DNA of 64,000 bases from Pyrinomonadaceae bacterium (GTDB lineage Bacteria; Acidobacteriota; Blastocatellia; Pyrinomonadales; Pyrinomonadaceae). The stretch's first letter is position 1. The number at the start of each line of letters is the position of its first letter. Location of the stretch: assembly GCA_046313635.1 (NCBI GenBank), contig JBKBYA010000011.1, forward strand, positions 52,835 through 116,834, in the 5' to 3' direction. Position numbers and translations under genes: made by a program. The notes beneath the pieces were generated by a model, which saw only the letters and a program-made list of their open reading frames with translations, did no database searches and was not told the origin of the DNA. This document shows positions 37,700 to 47,567 of the stretch, piece after piece.

Positions 37700-38230
37700 A
37701 TGAAAAACCAAAAAGGCTTCTCTCTTATCGAACTTTTGATCGTGGTCGTCATCATCGGCATCATTGCCGCGATCGCGATCCCCAACCTGTTGGCGGCCCG
37801 CCGCTCAGCCAACGAAGGCTCCGCCATCTCGTCGCTCCGCACTCTGCACGGAGCCCAGTCCACCTACTTCGCAACGCACGGCAACGGCCGCTACGCCGGT
37901 ACCAACGCCACCCGCGACAAGACCCCGCTGACGCAGCTTGCTGCCGTCCAGCTCGTTGACAACGTCCTCGGCGGAGCTTCGGCTCAGAAGAGCGGTTATG
38001 ACTTTAACGGCCGCATGGACGTCGCAACTTCGACCACGCCGGCGATCTTCTTCTTCGACGCTCTGCCGATCTCGCCGACCGGTTTGACCCAGTCGGGTTC
38101 GCGCCGCTTCTGTGTCGAGACCGATGGCGTCATCCACGTCGATACGGCCAACCTGAGCACCGCCTTCACGGCGACCTCGACGGCCGGTGTCGCGGGAACG
38201 TGTGCTACGGCTCAGGCTCAAGCGAACTAA
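37700..38230 (+). CDS. pilA: type IVa major pilin, copy 1
   Basis: MKNQKG|FSLIELLIVV prepilin cleavage site, AIP motif and C-terminal Cys pair. Confidence 0.9.
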   Translation: MKNQKGFSLIELLIVVVIIGIIAAIAIPNLLAARRSANEGSAISSLRTLHGAQSTYFATHGNGRYAGTNATRDKTPLTQLAAVQLVDNVLGGASAQKSGYDFNGRMDVATSTTPAIFFFDALPISPTGLTQSGSRRFCVETDGVIHVDTANLSTAFTATSTAGVAGTCATAQAQAN

Positions 38231-38354
38231 TAGGTTCGTCGAGAATATAAAGAGGGAGACTCCCGCCCCCTCTTTTGCTCTTTCCATCACCTCGTTCCTA
38301 CCGACGACGTCCCCATTTCGACAAATGGGAGCCGCCGGTCGTGGGCTCTGTTCT

Positions 38355-38371
38355 TTGACACTTTTTGTCAA
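38355..38371. promoter_or_regulatory. TTGACA-N5-TGTCAA palindrome, candidate PilR enhancer
   Basis: Perfect inverted repeat about 130 bp upstream of the sigma54 site of pilA copy 2. Confidence 0.4.
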
Positions 38372-38503
38372 CCGCCCGATACCACAATCTGTTAATGGTT
38401 AGGCCGCGATCCCTTTCTCGGTTAACTTGACCTTGATCTGGAATAAGTATATTTCCGTTATTTTTCTTTATTTTACGCGCCTGCCAACCTGCCACCGACG
38501 GAG

Positions 38504-38518
38504 TGGCACGTAGCTTGA
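38504..38518 (+). promoter_or_regulatory. sigma54-type promoter of pilA copy 2
   Basis: TGGCACGTAGCTTGA, at the same offset from the ATG as copy 1. Confidence 0.7.
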
Positions 38519-38587
38519 GATTACGAGAGACGCCTGGGAAAGGTAGAAACACCAAAGCGAAAAACTCTAGGAGATCGTGAACCAGAA

Positions 38588-39118
38588 ATGAAAAACCAAA
38601 AAGGCTTCTCTCTTATCGAACTTTTGATCGTGGTCGTCATCATCGGCATCATTGCCGCGATCGCGATCCCCAACCTGTTGGCGGCCCGCCGCTCGGCCAA
38701 CGAAGGCTCCGCCATCTCGTCGCTCCGCACTCTGCACGGAGCCCAGTCCACCTACTTCGCAACGCACGGCAACGGCCGTTACGCCGGTACCGATGCCACC
38801 CGCGACAAGACCCCGCTGACGCAGCTTGCTGCCGTCCAGCTCGTTGACAACGTCCTCGGCGGAGCCTCTGCTCAAAAGAGCGGTTATGACTTCAACGGTC
38901 GCATGGACGTCGCAACTTCGACCACGCCGGCGATCTTCTTCTTCGACGCTCTGCCGATCTCGCCGACGGGCCTGACCCAGTCGGGATCGCGCCGTTTCTG
39001 TGTCGAGACCGATGGCGTCATCCACGTCGATACGGCCAACCTGAGCACCGCCTTCACGGCGACCTCGACGGCCGGTGTCGCGGGAACGTGTGCTACGGCT
39101 CAGGCCCAGGCTAACTAG
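38588..39118 (+). CDS. pilA: type IVa major pilin, copy 2
   Basis: Protein identical to copy 1 except N69D. Confidence 0.9.
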   Translation: MKNQKGFSLIELLIVVVIIGIIAAIAIPNLLAARRSANEGSAISSLRTLHGAQSTYFATHGNGRYAGTDATRDKTPLTQLAAVQLVDNVLGGASAQKSGYDFNGRMDVATSTTPAIFFFDALPISPTGLTQSGSRRFCVETDGVIHVDTANLSTAFTATSTAGVAGTCATAQAQAN

Positions 39119-39139
39119 CGTCCTGCACGCTGCATTAGG

Positions 39140-39171
39140 AAGAGGAAGTCTTCAGGGCTTCCTCTTTTTTT
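39140..39171 (+). terminator. intrinsic terminator after pilA copy 2
   Basis: AAGAGGAAGTC-TTCAG-GGCTTCCTCTT followed by a T-run. Confidence 0.75.
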
Positions 39172-39483
39172 ACCCTCACGATGTCTGAGATCGAAGATGC
39201 GATCGATTCGCGCCGGCTGCGGCAAGAGTCTCGACATCGCTTTGAATTCCGCTACGAGTCCTATTCCGACTATCTCGGGCATCTGCTCGTTTTGAATTAA
39301 TCGGTGCTTCGCATTCCGATCGGTATGAAACCGTGGTATCCGCCTGTAACGATGCGGCTCGAAACGACGCTCAAACCTCTGCTGGGGAGAGCGTTCTCGT
39401 GCTTTGCCGTCGGCCGGCGGCAGAAGCATTGATGCATGCCGCCGGCATTTCCTGTTAGCTCGCGCTCGTATCTCGTCCTCAAA

Positions 39484-41193
39484 ATGCACGCCCAACGCTA
39501 CCGGATCTATTCGGAGTACGGCAGCAGCGACCGATTTTGGCTCGCGCTGATCTTCGTTTTTTGCGCCGCGATAATGGCGGCGATCCCGATATTCGGGATC
39601 CCGGAGGGCTACGACGTCCCGCAGCACCTTCGTTTTGCGGCGACGTTTCACGACGCGTTGTCATCCGGCCAGCTCGTGCCGGGATGGGCCGGCGTCGATA
39701 ATCACGGCTTCGGCAGCATCGGCACGCGCATATACCCGCCGGTCGCAGATTACCTGCTCGCTCTGACCCAAATGGTCACCGGCGACTGGTACCGATCGTT
39801 TTGGATCGACTCGTTCTTTTGGATGTTCCTCGGCTGCGTCGGGGCGTATCTGTGGACAAAGGAGTTCGCGCCGGCCTGGCAGGCGGCGGCGGCGGCCGGT
39901 CTCTACGCGGTGATCCCGTACCGGCTACTGGAGATATATCAGTTCGTACTTTTTTCGGAGTTTGCGGCGTCGGCTGTCCTGCCCTTCTGTTTTCTTGGGG
40001 CGACGAGGGTCATTAGACGCGGGCGGATGACGGACGTCCTGCTGCTCGCCGTCTCGGTCGCGGTACTTGTCCTGACGCACATTCCGACCACTCTGATCGG
40101 CGGACTGACGCTCGCGGTGTACTGCGCGTTCCTGATCGACAGGCGGTCGCCGTGGAGAGCCTTGCGGCAAACGGCGACGGCGTTGGCGCTGAGCTTGGCG
40201 GCGACCTCATTTTACTGGCTGCGGCTCGTGACCGAAATGGCGTGGGTCAAGCACAGCACGGCAGAATACTCGAGCGGATTCTACGACTATCGGCGGCATT
40301 TCTTTCCGATCTATCTCAGCTACGGCGAGTGGTACTGGCAGCGGCTCTTCTGGCTCTTGGACATCGGCATCGTCCTGACGATCGTCTTTGCACTTCCGAT
40401 CGTTTGGATGGCCTTGGCTCGACATCGATCGTCCGATTCCAGATTCGACCGGCGGCTGTCGCTTGCGTTGGCTGCCGGAGCCGTCTTCCCGCTGTTCATG
40501 TTGTCGAAGCTCAGCGAGCCGCTCTGGACATATCTCCCCGCTCTCGAAAAGATCCAGTTCGCGTGGCGCTTTCTTTCGGCCGCCTCGCTCGTCTGTGCGA
40601 TCTCGTTCGCGGTTGCCGTGCCGCGGATCGCCGCAGGCTTTCCCTCGCTCAAGAAGGGTTTTGCCTATTCGTCGATCGCACTTGTCCTCTGCGTCGTTCT
40701 TTACGACGTGACCCAGACGATCTTGCCGGCCGCTCCGCTTCCGCCCGAGAAATTTGCCGAGAAGCTCGCCGATATGCGCACGGAAGAAGGCTGCAGCTGC
40801 TGGTGGCCGGTCTGGGCGACCGACAAGGCCTTTGAGCGGCGCGAACCGGTCGACGCCGGCGAACGAGCGGCCCGCGTCGTTACATGGGACCGCGAGCATC
40901 GTGCTTTCATCGTCGGAGCCGGTGCGCCGACCGCGGCCAGGGTCGCGACGTTCTATTACCCTCACTGGCAAGCCGTCGTAAACGGTCATGAAACGCCCGT
41001 GTCGAGAGACGAGAATGGTGCGATCACCCTCGAGCTGCCGGCCGAAGCTTCGACGGTCGAGCTGCGTATCGTCGAACCCGCAAGATTGTATGCAGCCCAG
41101 ATCGTGTCACTGTCGGCGTGGCTGATGATGCTATTTGCCTCGATCGCGGCCGCCCGCGGTCGAATTCGAGGTCTTGTAGTAAACTCACGATGA
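39484..41193 (+). CDS. polytopic membrane GT-C-like glycosyltransferase (PTPS-related/YfhO-like)
   Basis: 'GYDVPQH...PGW...HGFG...YPP', many TMs, 'IQFAWRFL' and C-terminal 'FYYPHWQAVVNG'. Start uncertain. Confidence 0.7.
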   Translation: MHAQRYRIYSEYGSSDRFWLALIFVFCAAIMAAIPIFGIPEGYDVPQHLRFAATFHDALSSGQLVPGWAGVDNHGFGSIGTRIYPPVADYLLALTQMVTGDWYRSFWIDSFFWMFLGCVGAYLWTKEFAPAWQAAAAAGLYAVIPYRLLEIYQFVLFSEFAASAVLPFCFLGATRVIRRGRMTDVLLLAVSVAVLVLTHIPTTLIGGLTLAVYCAFLIDRRSPWRALRQTATALALSLAATSFYWLRLVTEMAWVKHSTAEYSSGFYDYRRHFFPIYLSYGEWYWQRLFWLLDIGIVLTIVFALPIVWMALARHRSSDSRFDRRLSLALAAGAVFPLFMLSKLSEPLWTYLPALEKIQFAWRFLSAASLVCAISFAVAVPRIAAGFPSLKKGFAYSSIALVLCVVLYDVTQTILPAAPLPPEKFAEKLADMRTEEGCSCWWPVWATDKAFERREPVDAGERAARVVTWDREHRAFIVGAGAPTAARVATFYYPHWQAVVNGHETPVSRDENGAITLELPAEASTVELRIVEPARLYAAQIVSLSAWLMMLFASIAAARGRIRGLVVNSR

Positions 41194-41228
41194 GCTCCTA
41201 CACACTTCGCAGATCAAATGCAATAACG

Positions 41229-42029
41229 ATGGAGACGACGACGGGAAGCGGCGGCTTTCTCGCCAGGATACTGGCAATTTCCAAAAACACGTTTCGCGAG
41301 GCGATCCGCGACCGGATCCTTTATAACCTCGTGCTTTTTGTGCTGCTCATCATCGCCTGCGCGGTGCTGCTCGGCGATCTGACCGCGGGGCAAGAGACGC
41401 GGACGATCGTGAATGTCGGCCTCAACGCGATGCTGCTCTTCGGCGCGTTCATCGCGATATTTGTCGGCGTCGGGCTGGTGTCGAAGGAGATCGAGAAGCG
41501 CACGGTCTTTGCCCTGTTTGCAAAGCCGGTCGCGCGCTCCGAGTTCGTCATCGGCAAGTATCTCGGCCTCTGTGCGACGCTGCTTGTAAATGTCGCGATC
41601 ATGGGCGCCGGCGTCTCGCTCGCGCTGCTCTATGTCGGCGGACGCGCGATGGCGGCGTCGATCTGGGGAGCGGTCTATCTGATCTTTCTCGAGCTGACGA
41701 TACTGACGGCGGTCGCGATAGTCTTCTCGTCATTCTCGTCGCCGGCGCTGTCCGCTCTGCTGTCCTTTTTTGTCTTTATCATCGGTCACCTCAGCTCGTC
41801 GCTTCACGACCTTGCCGAGGCTCTCGGCTCGCAGGCGGCGCGGCTGGTCTTTGCGGTGATCTACTATCTCTTTCCGAATCTCGCGCATTTCAGTTTCAGG
41901 ACGGAGGCTGCCTACGGGCTGGTGCCTCCGTTTGACCTGGCGGCCGTCGCCGGTCTCTACGCCGTGGTCTACGTCGTGATACTGATGACCGTGACGATCG
42001 CGATCTTTAGCCGCAGGAACTTTAAGTGA
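41229..42029 (+). CDS. ABC transporter permease (PilI/Xap-like)
   Basis: 'NTFREAIRDR', 'KEIEKRT...KPVARSEFVIGKY'. Start at 41190 or 41229. Confidence 0.85.
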   Translation: METTTGSGGFLARILAISKNTFREAIRDRILYNLVLFVLLIIACAVLLGDLTAGQETRTIVNVGLNAMLLFGAFIAIFVGVGLVSKEIEKRTVFALFAKPVARSEFVIGKYLGLCATLLVNVAIMGAGVSLALLYVGGRAMAASIWGAVYLIFLELTILTAVAIVFSSFSSPALSALLSFFVFIIGHLSSSLHDLAEALGSQAARLVFAVIYYLFPNLAHFSFRTEAAYGLVPPFDLAAVAGLYAVVYVVILMTVTIAIFSRRNFK

Positions 42030-42979
42030 CCGCTCGATGCGTCGCAGCGATGAAGGACCGACCGTTACAACTGATCGTCTCGTTACTCGTGATCGTCGTG
42101 TGTTTTAGTTTTGTCTACGCGCTCGGCGGCTACCTCGACGAGCATCGTGTCGAGCTCCCCGACGAGTACAGAGACTCTGACCTCGCGCTGCAGGGCAAGC
42201 GCCTGCGCGGCTATGCTCTCGGATTCGACGGACTGCTCGCCGACTGGTACTGGATGCAGTCGCTGCAGTACATCGGCGGGCGGCTCGAAGAGCGAAAGGC
42301 CGAGTCCGTAAATATCGAGGACCTCCGGCCCTTCAACTTGCGGCTCCTCTACCCGCTGCTCGACAACGCGACCGATCTCGACCCGCACTTCACGACCGCC
42401 TACTCGTACGGCGCCGTCGTGCTGCCGGCGATCGACCGCGACGCGGCGATCCGCCTGACCGAGAAGGGCATCGCCAACAATCCGACGGAATGGCGCTTTT
42501 ACCAGTACCTCGGCTACATATACTGGCGCTCGAAAGAGTACGACAAGGCCGCCGACGCGTACCGCCGCGGAGCGATGCTGCCCGGCGTGCCGAGCTTTAT
42601 GGGACTTATGGCCGCACGTATGACGACCGAGGGCGGCAGCCGCGAGACGGCGCGAGAGATGTACACGCAGATGCTCGCCGAGGCGAGCGACGATCAGACA
42701 AAGGCGACGGCCGAGGCCCGGCTGCGGCAGCTCGATTCGCTCGACGAACGCGACGCGATCGACGGCGTGCTCAGGACGCTGAGCGCAAAAAGCGGCACGT
42801 GCCCGACGCATTGGAAGCAGATACTGCCGCTCCTCGCGGAAAGTACCGTCGCGGGCGGCCGGGAATTTCGGATCGATCGCCACGGCCAGGTCGTCGATCC
42901 GACCGGCGAGCCGTACATCATTGACGGCCGTTCCTGCACGGTGCGTCTCGGCCCGGGCTCGGGCATTGCAGTGTACTAG
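42026..42979 (+). CDS. membrane-anchored TPR protein of pilin-associated ABC operon (PilG/Xap-like)
   Basis: N-terminal TM, 'LLADWYWMQSLQY', 'TDLDPHF' and 'EKGIANNP'. Confidence 0.7.
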   Translation: MTARCVAAMKDRPLQLIVSLLVIVVCFSFVYALGGYLDEHRVELPDEYRDSDLALQGKRLRGYALGFDGLLADWYWMQSLQYIGGRLEERKAESVNIEDLRPFNLRLLYPLLDNATDLDPHFTTAYSYGAVVLPAIDRDAAIRLTEKGIANNPTEWRFYQYLGYIYWRSKEYDKAADAYRRGAMLPGVPSFMGLMAARMTTEGGSRETAREMYTQMLAEASDDQTKATAEARLRQLDSLDERDAIDGVLRTLSAKSGTCPTHWKQILPLLAESTVAGGREFRIDRHGQVVDPTGEPYIIDGRSCTVRLGPGSGIAVY

Positions 42980-43001
42980 GCCGCAGCCTCGAGATCAGTT
43001 T

Positions 43002-43949
43002 ATGTCGAATAAAGAAAGCGTCATCGTCATCCGAGATCTGACCAAAGACTACGACTCCGGCTTCTGGAAAAAGAAAAAGGTCCGCGCTCTCGACGGCCTC
43101 ACGCTCGACGTCGCGCCGGGCCAGATCTTCGGCTTCCTCGGCGGCAACGGTGCGGGCAAAACGACGACGATCAAGATACTAATGGGCCTGCTCTTTCCCA
43201 CGAGCGGCAGCGCGACGATACTCGGGCACGACATTTCGGACGTCAGGATGCACGCCCGGATCGGGTACTGCCCCGAGAATCCGTACTTCTACGACTACCT
43301 GTCGGCACGCGAGCTGATGAATTATTTCGGCGAGCTGTTTGGCCTCGACGCCGCGACGCGGCAAAAGCGGACCGAGCATCTGCTCGATCTCGTCGGCCTT
43401 GACGAAAAGGCCCGCGGTCGGCAGCTCCGTAAATTCTCAAAAGGGATGCTGCAGCGCGTCGGCCTCGCGCAGGCGCTGATCAACGACCCTGAGGTCGTCT
43501 TTCTCGACGAGCCGATGAGCGGGCTTGACCCGATCGGCCGCCGAGAGATCCGCGAGCTGATCGCGTCGCTCCGCGGCGAGGGCAAGACGGTCTTTATGTC
43601 GACGCACATCCTCTCGGATATCGAGGCGCTCTGCGACGAGGTCGCGATCCTGCGCGCAGGCCGCCTCGCGGCGACCGGACGATTAGATCAGCTGCTCACC
43701 TCAAGCGGCGAGCAGCGATCTTTTGAGATCGTGGTCAACGGCATCTCGGCCGAGGCGCTTGCGGCCGCGGCCCGCTCGATCGCCGGCGCCCAAGCCTCGC
43801 ACAGCGCGAGCGGCGGCACGATCCGCGTGGCCGACGAAGACGAAATTGAGAAACTCCTGGTGGCAGTACGGCAGGCAGGCGGGCGTCTCGTCTCGATCAA
43901 CCCGGTCAAGCAATCTCTCGAGGAGCTCTTCGTCAAAGAAACCGTCTAA
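43002..43949 (+). CDS. ABC transporter ATP-binding protein (PilH/Xap-like)
   Basis: GGNGAGKT, FSKGM and LDEPMSGLD. Confidence 0.92.
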   Translation: MSNKESVIVIRDLTKDYDSGFWKKKKVRALDGLTLDVAPGQIFGFLGGNGAGKTTTIKILMGLLFPTSGSATILGHDISDVRMHARIGYCPENPYFYDYLSARELMNYFGELFGLDAATRQKRTEHLLDLVGLDEKARGRQLRKFSKGMLQRVGLAQALINDPEVVFLDEPMSGLDPIGRREIRELIASLRGEGKTVFMSTHILSDIEALCDEVAILRAGRLAATGRLDQLLTSSGEQRSFEIVVNGISAEALAAAARSIAGAQASHSASGGTIRVADEDEIEKLLVAVRQAGGRLVSINPVKQSLEELFVKETV

Positions 43950-43950
43950 C

Positions 43951-44086
43951 GGAGCGCGGACACTCTTGTCCGCATGAGCGTTCGTCCTCGAAAGCGAAGA
44001 AACAAAACGCCGGAGAATTGCGAGTCTATTCTCCGGCGTGTTTTATTCGTGCTTCGCACGCATGCGGACAAGAGTGTCCGCGCTCC
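43951..44086. mobile_element. REPIN/MITE-like palindromic element with 26-bp perfect terminal inverted repeats
   Basis: GGAGCGCGGACACTCTTGTCCGCATG ... CATGCGGACAAGAGTGTCCGCGCTCC, with an internal ACGCCGGAGAAT/ATTCTCCGGCGT hairpin. Confidence 0.8.
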
Positions 44087-44092
44087 TTTCGT

Positions 44093-44602
44093 TTACTGCA
44101 CTCTGATGGCGGTGACCTTCCAGCGGATGTTTGCGCGGTCGTCGTCCTTTTTGAAGCCGTCGAGATTGACGTTGACGGTGATCGTCTCGCCCGGATCGAG
44201 CCGGTCCTCCTGCAGCGGCACGACGAGCAGGCGCCTTTCTTTGAGCACCTCGTTGAATTGAGTGACGACGCTGACGTTGACCTCGAGACCGGTGATCGTC
44301 TTGCTGCCCTTGTTGCGGATATTGCCGACGATGAACATCCCTATGCCGTTCTTCAAAACGGTCGGCGACTGAACCGTCTTGTCCATGTCGGTCGAGATGA
44401 TGATGTCGCGCGTCAGCTCGCCAAATTCCGGCGAGCCCTCGCGGACCGAGCCCTCCAGAACACTCGCCATCTGCTCGTCCATCGACGGCCGGGTCGAGAG
44501 GTAAAGCAGTGCTCCACCGACGACAAGTACGCCGATCGCGAGTCCGACGAGCAGGCCTCTGCTGACTCCGCGATTCTCGGCAGGCTGTGCAAAATTGTCC
44601 AT
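44093..44602 (-). CDS. membrane-anchored hypothetical protein (Ig-like, DUF3426/FxLYD-like)
   Basis: N-terminal TM, 'IVGNIRNKGSKTI' and 'LDPGET'. Confidence 0.7.
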   Translation of the reverse strand: MDNFAQPAENRGVSRGLLVGLAIGVLVVGGALLYLSTRPSMDEQMASVLEGSVREGSPEFGELTRDIIISTDMDKTVQSPTVLKNGIGMFIVGNIRNKGSKTITGLEVNVSVVTQFNEVLKERRLLVVPLQEDRLDPGETITVNVNLDGFKKDDDRANIRWKVTAIRVQ

Positions 44603-44685
44603 AAACAGTACCGTCCGCTTGCGTTAGACGTCCGATTTCGCGGGCAAGTTCCAATAGGTTATCATTTTGCCTCGACGCCCGTTAA

Positions 44686-47181
44686 ATGATCGCCCGCCCA
44701 TCTAATCACGCCGCTGACGAAGACGTTTTTGTCGAGGTCGCCCTGCCGCTGCCGCTGCGCCGGACGTTCACGTACCGCGTCGCTCCGGAGCTGAATCCGC
44801 AGGCCGGCTGCCGCGTCGTCGTCGAATTTGGCCGACGCGTCGTGACGGGATTCGTCGTCGAAGTGCACGGCGAACTGCCGTCGGAGCTCGAGATCGAGAC
44901 TTCAAAAGTAAAGCGCGTGCTCGAGGTTCTCGACGCCGAGCCTTTGCTGACAGGCGAGATCATTCGCCTCGCGCAGTGGACGGCGGACTACTATCTATCC
45001 TTCCCCGGCGAGGTACTTCGCGCCGCCCTGCCCGCCGGCATCAGCGGCAAGGCGAACAAGATCTACTCGATCACCGATAAAGGACGCCGGCGGCTCTCGG
45101 GCATTCTAATTCCCGACAAGCTGCAGGAGAAGGTGCTCGCGTATGTCGACCTGTACGGCCCGTGCACCGAAAAGGACCTCGCAAGAACGGTCGGCCGCCC
45201 CGGCGTCGAAAAGATCTTGCGCTCGCTCGCAGCGGACGGCTCGATCACGGCCGGCTATTCGGAGCCGACGGGCGCCGTCAAGCCAAAGCGTCGCAAGGCG
45301 GTCCGGTTGATCGAGACCGAAGGGTCGGCCGACGACAAGCGCCAGCCGACCGCCGCGCAGCAAAAGGTGCTCGTCGCACTCGCGGCCGCGGGCGGCGAGA
45401 TGCTCTACACCGATCTGCTCGAGTCGGCAGAGGTGAGCGGTTCGGCGATCACGACGCTCGAGAAACGCGGCCGCGTCGAGGTCTACATTCAAGAGGTCGA
45501 ACGCGATCCGTTTGCCGCGGGCGACCTGCAAGACGAACTGCCCGAACTGAAAGATCTCACGCTCAGCGCCGAGCAGGACGCGGCTCTCGGCGAGATCGTC
45601 GCGGCGGTCGGGGCCTGTAAATACAGGGCCTTTTTGCTGCACGGCGTGACGGGCAGCGGCAAGACCGAAGTTTACTTTCGCGCGATGCGAGCGGCGCTCG
45701 ACGCCGGCAAGTCGGCCCTGATGCTCGTACCCGAGATCGCTCTGACACCGCTCTTTTCACGGCGGCTGCGTTCGATCTTTGGGACGGCGGTCGCGATATT
45801 GCACTCGAGTCTCTCGGCCGGCGAACGCTTTGACGAATGGCGCCGCATTCGCCGCGGCGAGGCCCGCATCGTGATCGGAACGCGCTCGGCGGTCTTTGCT
45901 CCGCTGACAGACCTCGGCCTGATCGTCGTCGACGAAGAGCACGACACCTCGTACCGCCAGCACGAGTCGCCCTTTTATCACGCCCGCGACGTCGCCGTGA
46001 TGCGGGCGAGCCTCGGCGACGCGGTCGTCGTCCTCGGCTCGGCGACGCCGGCGATGGAGACGTTTCACAACGCGCGAACGGGCAAATACTCGTACCTCCA
46101 ACTGCCGGGCCGCATCGGCGGGCGTCCGATGGCCGCGGCGGAGATCGTCGATATGCGGCTCGTCTTCAAACAGCACGGCAAGGACGTCGTCTTTTCGCCC
46201 GATCTGATAGAGGCGATCGAGACGACGCATCTGCGCGGCGAGCAGTCGATCGTGCTGCTCAACCGGCGCGGCTTTTCGCAATTTGTCCTTTGCCGCACGT
46301 GTGGCGAGTCGATCAAATGCCAGAATTGTGACATCTCGCTCACTTACCATCGCGGCGAACGTCTGCTGATCTGCCATTACTGCAACTACCGGATCGACGT
46401 GCCAAAAAAATGTCCCCACTGCGCCAGCGAGTACCTATACTTCATCGGCGAAGGCACCGAGCAGCTCGAGGACCGGCTCGTTAAAAAGTTCCCGCACCTT
46501 CGCATCGCCCGCGTCGACCGCGACACCGTCGCAAAGCGGAACGAGATGGAACGCGTCCTCACGACATTCGCCCGCGGCGAGCTCGATATGCTCGTCGGCA
46601 CGCAGATGATCGCGAAGGGGCACGACTTCCCTAACGTGACGCTCGTCGGCGTGATCTCTGTAGATCTGAGTTTGGGAATACCGGACTTTCGTTCGGCGGA
46701 GAGGACGTTTCAGCTCCTGACGCAGGTTGCCGGCCGCGCCGGCCGCGGCGATCTGCGCGGAAAGGTGCTGATCCAGTCATACTACCCCGAGCACTACGCG
46801 CTCAGGCATGCCAAGGCCCAGGACTACGAGGGCTTTTACAAAGAGGAGACGCGCTACCGCGAACGCATGGGCTATCCGCCTTACTCCGCGCTTGCGATGA
46901 TCCTGATCCGGCACGCCGATCTCGGCCACGCCAAGGAGACGGCCGATCAGTATCGCCGCTGCCTCGACCGCGCCAACGCCGACAAGGTCTGCCGCATTCT
47001 CGGCCCGGCGCCGGCTTCGCTCGCGCGGCTCAAGGGCGAATACCGCGTCCAGATCCTGATCAAGTCAGCCAACCGCCGACGCCTCCGCGAAACCATCGAC
47101 CTCGCCTCCGCCGCCGCCGAATCCGCCGGCCTCGACATGCGGATCATCCACGTCGAGATCGATCCGGTGAATCTGCTGTGA
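44686..47181 (+). CDS. priA: primosomal protein N' (replication restart helicase)
   Basis: GVTGSGKT, DEEH, LNRRG, 4x CxxC zinc region and QVAGRAGR. Confidence 0.97.
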   Translation: MIARPSNHAADEDVFVEVALPLPLRRTFTYRVAPELNPQAGCRVVVEFGRRVVTGFVVEVHGELPSELEIETSKVKRVLEVLDAEPLLTGEIIRLAQWTADYYLSFPGEVLRAALPAGISGKANKIYSITDKGRRRLSGILIPDKLQEKVLAYVDLYGPCTEKDLARTVGRPGVEKILRSLAADGSITAGYSEPTGAVKPKRRKAVRLIETEGSADDKRQPTAAQQKVLVALAAAGGEMLYTDLLESAEVSGSAITTLEKRGRVEVYIQEVERDPFAAGDLQDELPELKDLTLSAEQDAALGEIVAAVGACKYRAFLLHGVTGSGKTEVYFRAMRAALDAGKSALMLVPEIALTPLFSRRLRSIFGTAVAILHSSLSAGERFDEWRRIRRGEARIVIGTRSAVFAPLTDLGLIVVDEEHDTSYRQHESPFYHARDVAVMRASLGDAVVVLGSATPAMETFHNARTGKYSYLQLPGRIGGRPMAAAEIVDMRLVFKQHGKDVVFSPDLIEAIETTHLRGEQSIVLLNRRGFSQFVLCRTCGESIKCQNCDISLTYHRGERLLICHYCNYRIDVPKKCPHCASEYLYFIGEGTEQLEDRLVKKFPHLRIARVDRDTVAKRNEMERVLTTFARGELDMLVGTQMIAKGHDFPNVTLVGVISVDLSLGIPDFRSAERTFQLLTQVAGRAGRGDLRGKVLIQSYYPEHYALRHAKAQDYEGFYKEETRYRERMGYPPYSALAMILIRHADLGHAKETADQYRRCLDRANADKVCRILGPAPASLARLKGEYRVQILIKSANRRRLRETIDLASAAAESAGLDMRIIHVEIDPVNLL

Positions 47182-47253
47182 GGCGTGGTTCGTGAATGGT
47201 GAATCGTAAATTGAGTTTGAGGATTGAGGGGAGAACTTTCGATCTCGTCTTAG

Positions 47254-47405
47254 CATAGCCCTGCCGTTTACGGCGGGGTAGGGATGAACAGAAATGATCC
47301 TAGGGCGTTTTATCGCCGTTTGGGCTAGTTGTTCGGTAAGCCCGTTGAAACGGGCTTAGTCCACTCTATCCGACCTTGACCACGCCCTAAAGGGACGTGG
47401 CTATG
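47254..47405. mobile_element. REP/IS200-IS605-type non-autonomous hairpin element
   Basis: CATAGCC...GGCTATG ends, with hairpins CCCTGCCGTTTACGGCGGGG, AAGCCCGTTGAAACGGGCTT and CCACGCCCTAAAGGGACGTGG. Confidence 0.6.
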
Positions 47406-47567
47406 ATTCCGAAAGACCTAATAGACCATTCGGAATTCCCACTAGATCGATAGCCCGCCTTCGGCCATTAGACAAAATAAAAAGCCGCCACAGGTGGCGG
47501 CCAAACGTCCGATCCTATCTACGGTCGATTTCCCTATCGAACGACCCAATTCACGGTCATCTCCGAT

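Noticed and set aside
37700..39118. pilA duplication as a simple assembly repeat error
   Set aside because: The copies differ at many silent sites and have different upstream regions and terminators. Strain chimerism cannot be fully excluded without reads.
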